DNA from: Hyphomicrobiales bacterium
Lineage (GTDB): Bacteria; Pseudomonadota; Alphaproteobacteria; Rhizobiales; Methyloligellaceae
Direction of reading: 5' to 3'
Assembly: GCA_038326945.1 (NCBI GenBank)
Contig: JBBQKN010000012.1
Location: 8,111 to 72,110 of the forward strand
DNA: 64,000 bases
The position numbers and the translations under genes are program-made. The notes below the pieces were generated by a model that saw nothing but the letters and a program-made list of their open reading frames with translations, searched no databases and was not told the origin of the DNA. How positions within the stretch are numbered: position 1 is the stretch's first letter; every line of letters starts with the position of its first letter. Shown in pieces: positions 57,929-64,000 of this stretch.

Positions 57929-59134
57929 TTAGCGGATCTCGCCTGCTTGCCCAAGGAAGAGAAAGGCGATGAGCGCCGCGGCCGCAAGGCCCGCCCCTAC
58001 GGCGAATGTAGCGTCCGAGCCGATCTCGACCCAGATCAGCCCGGCCGACACGCTTGCGAGCAGGGTGAACAGCCCCGTGACCAGACCGAAGAGGCCGAAG
58101 GCAGTCCCGCGTAAGCGCTCCGGCGCGGTTGCGGCGATAAGGGCCGCAAGCACCCCTTGCGTCAGCCCCATATGCAGCCCCCAGAGTGCGATGCCGGCAA
58201 ACACGGCGCCGAGCGACTGCCCAAAGCCAAGCGCCAGATCGGCCGCGATCAGGGCCGCGAGGCCAGCAAGCAGCAGGGGTCGGGCGCCAGTCTTGTCCTG
58301 GACGCGCCCGGCGGGATAGGCGCTTAGCGCAAAGACGATGCTCATCACCGCGATGACGGCGGGAGCGAAGGCGATGGCGAGACCTGCATCCTGCGCCCGA
58401 AGCACGAGAAAGGCCTCGCTGAACCGGGCCGACGTGAAGATCGCGCCGGCGCCGAGCACGAGCCAATAGGGACGGCCGAGCAGCGCGAGTTCTTTCAGTT
58501 TGAGCGGGACCCTCTCGGCTCGCTTAGGAGCCGGCGCCGGTTCCTTCACGCCGACGATGAGAATGACGACGGCGATCAGAGCTGGCGGCACCGCGAACCA
58601 GAGGACGATGCGGATGTCGTCATTGAACAGAAACATCAACCCGATGGCCGCCAAAGGGCCCAGCACCGCGCCAATCGTGTCGAGAGACTGGCGCAAGCCG
58701 AAAGCGGCGCCTCTGCTTGCGCGCGGGGTGACGTCGGCGAGGAGGGCATCGCGCGGCGCGCCCCTGATGCCCTTGCCGACGCGGTCGGCAAATCGGGCGA
58801 AGAGGACGGTGCCGACAGAACTCGCGAGCGGAAACAGCGGCTTCGTCACCGCGGCCAGGCCGTAGCCCAGCACCGTGAGCAGCTTCCGCCGTTGCAGCAC
58901 ATCGGACAGCCAGCCGGAGAAAACGCGCGTGACCTGCGCCGTCGCCTCGGCGATGCCTTCGATCGCACCGAGCACCGCGGCCGAGGCGCCGAGATTGATC
59001 ACGAGGAACAGCGGCAGGAGCCCGTGGATCAGCTCCGACGACATGTCCATGAACAGCGAGGTCAGGCCGAGCGCCCACACCGTTCGCGGCAAGCTCCTGT
59101 CTTTTGGCTTATCACCCGGCACGCCGCTCTCCAC
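57929..59134 (-). CDS. MFS transporter
   Basis: GLTSLFMDMSSE, DRVGKGIRGAPRDAL and RGTAFG; ~12 TM helices. Confidence 0.88.
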   Translation of the reverse strand: MESGVPGDKPKDRSLPRTVWALGLTSLFMDMSSELIHGLLPLFLVINLGASAAVLGAIEGIAEATAQVTRVFSGWLSDVLQRRKLLTVLGYGLAAVTKPLFPLASSVGTVLFARFADRVGKGIRGAPRDALLADVTPRASRGAAFGLRQSLDTIGAVLGPLAAIGLMFLFNDDIRIVLWFAVPPALIAVVILIVGVKEPAPAPKRAERVPLKLKELALLGRPYWLVLGAGAIFTSARFSEAFLVLRAQDAGLAIAFAPAVIAVMSIVFALSAYPAGRVQDKTGARPLLLAGLAALIAADLALGFGQSLGAVFAGIALWGLHMGLTQGVLAALIAATAPERLRGTAFGLFGLVTGLFTLLASVSAGLIWVEIGSDATFAVGAGLAAAALIAFLFLGQAGEIR

Positions 59135-59226
59135 ACATTGCCTGTCTTGCGCTCGCTGTTATATGCCGTGAACGCGCGCAAGCGTTACTCGCGAAAAGCG
59201 ATCCCCGCGCGTTGAGGAGACATCCC

Positions 59227-60429
59227 ATGCCCTCGGTTCCGATCAGCGATCCCGTCGGCGCCCTTGTCCCCCACACTGTCCCGAAGCCGATCGAGGGATG
59301 CGCCACCGGGCCTCTCTTCGGGCGGAGCTTCATGATCAAGGATCTGTTCGCGGTCGAGGGCCACAGGACCGGCAACGGCAATCCGGATTGGTATCAAGCG
59401 GCAAGCCCGGCGCAAGAGACCGCGCCCGTCATTCGCCGCCTGCTCGCGGCCGGGGCGACGCTCACCGGCATCACCATCTGCGACGAGTTCTTCTACAGCC
59501 TGCTCGGCGGCAACGCTCATTATGGCACGCCGGTTAATACGCTCTGCCCCCGCCACGTCACCGGCGGCTCCTCCTGCGGCTCGGCCGCCGCCGTGGCGGC
59601 GTCCATGTGCGATTTCGCGCTTGGCAGCGACACCGGCGGCTCGATCCGCGTGCCGGCGTCCTTCTGCGGACTTTACGGCCTCCGCCCCACCTATGGCCGC
59701 ATCGGCATGGCCGGCGCCACCCCGATGGCGCCGAGCTACGACACTATCGGCTTCCTCGCCCGCGAGGCCGAGCTGTTCCGCACCGTCGGCCGCGCGATCC
59801 TCGACGGCAATGCCGTGGCGGCGCCGCTCGAACGCGTGGTGGTGGCGCAAGACATGTTCGACCGCGCCCAATCGAGCATCGACGAGGAGCTGTGGCGGGT
59901 GCTCGATAAGATCGCGCACGCGCTTCCGACCCAAGAGCGGCTGGATGTCGCGGGCGAAGCGTTCGACGCCTGGCGCAACGCCTTCCGCGCCATCCAAGGT
60001 TTCGAGCTGCAATCGACGCTGATGCCCTTCGCTCTTGCTCATGCCGAGGGACTGTCTCCTGCCATCAGGGAGCGCTTCGACATCGCCGCCAGCGTGACCC
60101 CCGAGGACGAACGGACTGGACGCGAGATTCGCGCTCTTGCGGCGAAGCGCCTGCATGAACTCGCCCGGCCCGGCACCTTGATCGTGATGCCGACGACGCC
60201 GACGCTGCCGCCAAAGCGGGACATCCTCGACGGGGCATCGACGGTCGAATTCAGGTCCATGACCCTTGGCAGCACCTGCCCCGCTGGCCATGCCGGCCTG
60301 CCGCAGATCTCGATTCCGGCGGGGATAGCGGCCGGCTGTCCGGTTGGGCTCTCCTTCATCGGCTGGAAGGGTGGCGACGAGGCCCTGCTCGATCTCACCG
60401 TCAGGCTGGAGCCGCTGTTGCGGATTTAG
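59227..60429 (+). CDS. Amidase signature family enzyme
   Basis: IKDLFAV (Lys), GGSSCGSAAAVA and GSDTGGSIRVPAS; GAGGAG RBS. Confidence 0.88.
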   Translation: MPSVPISDPVGALVPHTVPKPIEGCATGPLFGRSFMIKDLFAVEGHRTGNGNPDWYQAASPAQETAPVIRRLLAAGATLTGITICDEFFYSLLGGNAHYGTPVNTLCPRHVTGGSSCGSAAAVAASMCDFALGSDTGGSIRVPASFCGLYGLRPTYGRIGMAGATPMAPSYDTIGFLAREAELFRTVGRAILDGNAVAAPLERVVVAQDMFDRAQSSIDEELWRVLDKIAHALPTQERLDVAGEAFDAWRNAFRAIQGFELQSTLMPFALAHAEGLSPAIRERFDIAASVTPEDERTGREIRALAAKRLHELARPGTLIVMPTTPTLPPKRDILDGASTVEFRSMTLGSTCPAGHAGLPQISIPAGIAAGCPVGLSFIGWKGGDEALLDLTVRLEPLLRI

Positions 60430-60502
60430 CCAAGCAAACGCATCGTCCGGCTCCACGCTATCGCCTATAGTCACGCGCGGGACCGACTTTGGGAGGGGCT
60501 CC

Positions 60503-60715
60503 ATGACCGCGGCGGCCATTCTGGGAAATTTGGGGAGTGTCATCATCGTGCTCGGCGTTGCCATCGTGGTCTTTCAGACCGCCAAGACCTGGTCGAAACG
60601 CCGCGTGCCCGAGCTAGACCCAAACGCCCCGAAGCCGAATATCGCCTATTCAGGCATCGTGGTCCTGGGCATAGGGGTGCTCATGGTCGCGGCGTCGGCG
60701 TCCCTGTCTCCCTGA
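60503..60715 (+). CDS. Small 70-aa protein with two TM helices
   Basis: GGAGGGG RBS; two hydrophobic helices separated by KTWSKRRVPELDPNAPKP. Confidence 0.6.
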   Translation: MTAAAILGNLGSVIIVLGVAIVVFQTAKTWSKRRVPELDPNAPKPNIAYSGIVVLGIGVLMVAASASLSP

Positions 60716-60728
60716 CCCGGTCCCCGGG

Positions 60729-60758
60729 CTTGACTTGCGGGGCCGGCTCGACGACATT
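60729..60758 (+). promoter_or_regulatory. Putative housekeeping promoter of the ffh operon
   Basis: CTTGACT-N17-GACATT. Confidence 0.4.
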
Positions 60759-60856
60759 CCGGCCTGAAATCAATGGCCGCTCAAGTTTCGAGCCGCCGCC
60801 CTGCACATGAACTCACGCTCAAGTAGCGCGAAGCGCGGTAGCGCCAATTAAGTTCA

Positions 60857-60910
60857 GGAGGCAGGGAGGTCAACACCCGACAGCGCGATGCGCCCTCGGG
60901 TGCTTTTGTC
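60857..60910 (+). ncRNA. ffh leader structured RNA (resembles the alphaproteobacterial ffh sRNA/leader)
   Basis: CACCCGA-cagcgcgatgcgccc-TCGGGTG hairpin followed by CTTTTG, ~40 nt before the ffh ATG; family match is from memory and was not searched. Confidence 0.5.
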
Positions 60911-60947
60911 GTTTGCGCTAACGCGTGAGTGTCTGGAGAGAGGGACG

Positions 60948-62459
60948 ATGTTCGAGACCCTGTCGGAGCGCCTTGGCGCCATTCTCGACAAGCTCACCCG
61001 CCGGGGTGCGCTGACCGAGACCGACGTGGGCGAGGCCATGCGCGAGGTTCGCCGCGCTCTAATCGAGGCGGATGTGGCGCTCGACGTCGTGCGCGACTTC
61101 ACCGACGCGGTAAAGGCGAAGGCGGTCGGCCAGGACGTGGTGCGCTCCATCACGCCCGGCCAGATGGTCATCAAGATCGTGCATGACGAGCTCGTGCGCG
61201 TGCTCGGCTCGGACGCGACCCCCATCGACCTTGGCGCCTCGCCGCCGGTGGTGATGATGCTGGTGGGCTTGCAGGGCTCGGGCAAGACCACGACTACGGC
61301 CAAGATCGGCCGCCGCCTCCAGACCCGTGACAAGAAGAAAGTGCTGATGGCCTCGCTCGATACGCGACGGCCCGCGGCGCAAGAGCAGCTCCGCGTGCTG
61401 GGCGAGCAGACCGAAATCGCCACGCTTCCCATTGTCGAGGGCCAAGACCCGGCCGGTATCACCAAGCGCGCGCTCGAAGCGGCTAGGCTCGGCGGCTTCG
61501 ACGTGCTGCTGCTCGACACCGCCGGCAGGACCCATATCGACGAAGAGCTGATGGCGGAGACGCAGACGATCGCGGCGCTCGCCAAGCCGCATGAGACCTT
61601 GCTCGTGGCCGATGCGCTGACCGGCCAAGACGCGGTCAACCTCGCGCGCAATTTCGACGAGCGTCTGCCGCTCACCGGCATCGTGCTCACCCGCATCGAT
61701 GGCGACGGCCGCGGCGGCGCCGCGCTCTCCATGCGCGCCGTCACCGGCAAGCCGATCAAGCTCATGGGTGTGGGCGAGAGGGTCGATGCGCTCGAGGATT
61801 TCGATCCCGCGCGCGTATCCGGCCGCATCCTCGGCATGGGCGACGTGGTCGGACTGGTCGAGAAGGCGATAGAGACGATCGAAGTCGACAAAGCGGAAGC
61901 CATCGCCCGCAAAATGCGCAAGGGCGCCTTCGATCTCGAGGACCTCGCCGAGCAATTGAAGCAGATGCAGAAGCTCGGCGGCATGGGCGGCGTGCTCGGC
62001 ATGCTTCCCGGCGTCGGCAAGATCAAGAAGCAGATCGACGCCGCCAAGCTCGACGACACCATTCTCAAGCGCCAGCAGGCGATCATCGGCTCGATGACCA
62101 AGGGTGAGCGCAAGAACCCGAAGCTGCTCAACGCCTCGCGCAAGAAGCGGGTGGCCGCCGGCTCCGGCAGCTCGGTGCAGGACATCAACAAGCTGGTGAA
62201 GATGCACCGCCAGATGGCGGACATGATGAAGTCGATGGGCAAGAAGCGGGGAATGCTGGGGCAGATGTTCGGAGGCGGTCCGCCGCCGGAGCTTCCGCCC
62301 GCGCTGCCCGCCGACGCCGGCTCTTCCTTACCCCCTGGCCTGCCTCCGCTGCCCCAGGGCGGACTGCCCGGCCTCGGCGGCGGCATGCCGCGCGGTCTGC
62401 CGGGACTCCCGGGCATGCCCCGGGGCATTCCCGGCCTGCCCAAATCGAAAAAGAGATGA
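60948..62459 (+). CDS. ffh: Signal recognition particle protein
   Basis: MFETLSERL, GLQGSGKTTT, DTAGR, TRIDGDGRGGAALS and RILGMGDV. Confidence 0.97.
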   Translation: MFETLSERLGAILDKLTRRGALTETDVGEAMREVRRALIEADVALDVVRDFTDAVKAKAVGQDVVRSITPGQMVIKIVHDELVRVLGSDATPIDLGASPPVVMMLVGLQGSGKTTTTAKIGRRLQTRDKKKVLMASLDTRRPAAQEQLRVLGEQTEIATLPIVEGQDPAGITKRALEAARLGGFDVLLLDTAGRTHIDEELMAETQTIAALAKPHETLLVADALTGQDAVNLARNFDERLPLTGIVLTRIDGDGRGGAALSMRAVTGKPIKLMGVGERVDALEDFDPARVSGRILGMGDVVGLVEKAIETIEVDKAEAIARKMRKGAFDLEDLAEQLKQMQKLGGMGGVLGMLPGVGKIKKQIDAAKLDDTILKRQQAIIGSMTKGERKNPKLLNASRKKRVAAGSGSSVQDINKLVKMHRQMADMMKSMGKKRGMLGQMFGGGPPPELPPALPADAGSSLPPGLPPLPQGGLPGLGGGMPRGLPGLPGMPRGIPGLPKSKKR

Positions 62460-62498
62460 AGCGAACAGTCAGTAGGTTTTTGAAGAGAAGGATGTGAC

Positions 62499-62975
62499 AT
62501 GTCACTGAAAATCAGACTGGCGCGGGCCGGCGCCAAGAAGCGGCCCTTTTACCGGATCGTCATCGCCGATTCGAGAAGCCCGCGCGACGGCCGCTATATC
62601 GAGAAGATCGGCACCTTCAACCCGCTGCTGCCGCAAGATTCAAGCGACCGCGTGATCCTGATCGAGGAACGCGCGAAGCATTGGCTCGGCGTCGGCGCCC
62701 AGCCGACCGACCGCGTGCTCCGGTTTCTGGACAAATTGGGACTGGCGAAGCGCGACGCGCGCCTGAACCCGACCAAGGCCCTGCCCGGCAAGAAGCGGCT
62801 TGAGCGCGAGGAAGCGAAGCTGGCCGCCGAGGCCGAGAAGGAAAAAGCCGCGGCCGAGGCCGCTGCGGCTCCGCCCGAGCCCGCTCCGGCCGAACCGGTC
62901 GACGAGCCCGCAGCCGATGAGCCGGCGTCCGACGACGCCGCTCCGGTCGAGGCCGAGCTGCCGCCAGGCGCTTAG
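62499..62975 (+). CDS. rpsP: 30S ribosomal protein S16 with C-terminal extension
   Basis: [29 protein letters not shown] and GAQPTDRV. Confidence 0.97.
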   Translation: MSLKIRLARAGAKKRPFYRIVIADSRSPRDGRYIEKIGTFNPLLPQDSSDRVILIEERAKHWLGVGAQPTDRVLRFLDKLGLAKRDARLNPTKALPGKKRLEREEAKLAAEAEKEKAAAEAAAAPPEPAPAEPVDEPAADEPASDDAAPVEAELPPGA

Positions 62976-62977
62976 TC

Positions 62978-63493
62978 TTGCAGGAGAGACCGGACCGCGT
63001 GCTGCTCGGCGAGATCGGCGCCGCGCAAGGGTTGAAGGGCGAGGTTCGCATCCGCTCCTTCACCGCCGCGCCCGCCGATATCGCGAGCTACGGCCCGCTC
63101 GAGGACGAGAGCGGCGCACGTCTGATCGAGTTCGCTTCGGCGCGGGTCACGCCGAAGGCGTTGATCGCGCGCATCAAGGGCGTCGGCACGCGCGAGGCGG
63201 CCGAAGCCCTGACCGGAACGAAGCTCTACCTCGCCCGCTCCCGCCTGCCCGAGCGGGAAGAGGGTGAGTGGTATCATTCCGATCTGATCGGGTTGGCCGC
63301 GATCGACCGCGATGGCGCGGCCATCGGCACCGTAATCGCGGTCCATAATTTCGGCGCCGGTGATCTGCTCGAGATCAGGCCCTCGGGCGGCGGCGCGGAC
63401 GTGCTGGTACCGTTCACGCAAGAGGTGGTGCCGGAGGTCGATATGGAGGCCGGCAACCTCACTGTCGTCCCGCTCGAAGGCCTGTTCGACTAG
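62978..63493 (+). CDS. rimM: Ribosome maturation factor RimM
   Basis: GEIGAAQGLKGEV, WYHSDLIG, NFGAGDLLE and LVPFT. Confidence 0.95.
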   Translation: MQERPDRVLLGEIGAAQGLKGEVRIRSFTAAPADIASYGPLEDESGARLIEFASARVTPKALIARIKGVGTREAAEALTGTKLYLARSRLPEREEGEWYHSDLIGLAAIDRDGAAIGTVIAVHNFGAGDLLEIRPSGGGADVLVPFTQEVVPEVDMEAGNLTVVPLEGLFD

Positions 63494-63527
63494 GCCGCGA
63501 TCAAGCCCGCAACGATAAGGGTGCAAT

Positions 63528-64000
63528 ATGTGGCGCGCCACCGTGCTCACCATTTTCCCCGAGATGTTCCCGGGACCGCTTGGACTTAGCCTCGCCGGCA
63601 AGGCGCTGGCTGAGGGCTCCTGGTCCCTGTCCGTCGCCGACATTCGCAACTCCGCCACCGACAAGCACCGGTCCGTCGACGACACCCCGGCCGGGGGCGG
63701 TCCGGGCATGGTCATGCGCGCCGATGTCGCCGCAGCTTCGATCGATGCCGCACGCGCCACCATGCCGGCCGAGACGCCGACGATCTATCTGTCGCCGCGG
63801 GGACGCCCCCTGACCCAGGCGCGCGCGCGGGAGCTGGCGCAAGGACCGGGCGCGATCCTGCTTTGCGGCCGGTTCGAAGGCGTGGACGAGCGCGTGCTGG
63901 AAGCGCGCCAGGTCGACGAAATCTCGATTGGCGATTATGTGCTGTCCGGCGGCGAGCTTGCCGCACAGGTGCTGATCGATGCCTGCGTGCGCCTCCTTCC
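63528..64000 (+). CDS. trmD: tRNA (guanine-N1)-methyltransferase, partial (runs off the right edge)
   Basis: Manual translation: [60 protein letters not shown]. Confidence 0.95.
   Translation, partial: MWRATVLTIFPEMFPGPLGLSLAGKALAEGSWSLSVADIRNSATDKHRSVDDTPAGGGPGMVMRADVAAASIDAARATMPAETPTIYLSPRGRPLTQARARELAQGPGAILLCGRFEGVDERVLEARQVDEISIGDYVLSGGELAAQVLIDACVRLL

Noticed and set aside
61950-62975. Gly/Pro-rich Ffh tail and extended RpsP as novelties
   Set aside because: Such low-complexity C-terminal extensions are common in alphaproteobacterial Ffh and S16

Overview
GC-rich chromosomal window from an alphaproteobacterium of the Hyphomicrobiales. It is a serine-cycle methylotroph, and gene content and order suggest a Methyloceanibacter/Hyphomicrobium-like organism (inference). 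From left to right: (1) a contiguous serine-cycle/H4folate cluster (ppc partial, mtkB, mtkA, fch, mtdA, hprA, sgaA, ftfL, divergent gck); (2) an ECF sigma/RskA-type anti-sigma/fasciclin module containing an unannotated 32-aa signal-peptide ORF that shares a duplicated promoter with the fasciclin gene; (3) a core block (DacA-like, tlpA, argH, lipoprotein, lysA, TIGR02302, hpt, zinc-ribbon protein, ftsEX, YdcF, plsC); (4) a ~13 kb apparently variable region with a gene preceded by CtrA and LexA boxes that encodes a GIY-YIG-like protein, a lipoprotein cytochrome c, cydAB, a secreted GH3 NagZ, a convergent secreted pseudo-caspase / active caspase-PGBD-FGE pair, and a three-gene phospholipid module; (5) a core block (tesA-ybbAP, BI-1, DUF2794, DUF1223, acnA, ccmABCDG, MarR, yciB, ftsY, mtaB, dapF, MFS, amidase, ffh, rpsP, rimM, trmD partial). 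I saw no tRNA, rRNA, CRISPR array, integrase or transposase. The best novelty candidates are the secreted caspase/pseudo-caspase/GH3 module, the ECF-linked micropeptide, the CtrA+LexA GIY-YIG-like gene and an orphan CCUCCC-loop sRNA. All family assignments come from visual motif recognition, not from database searches.
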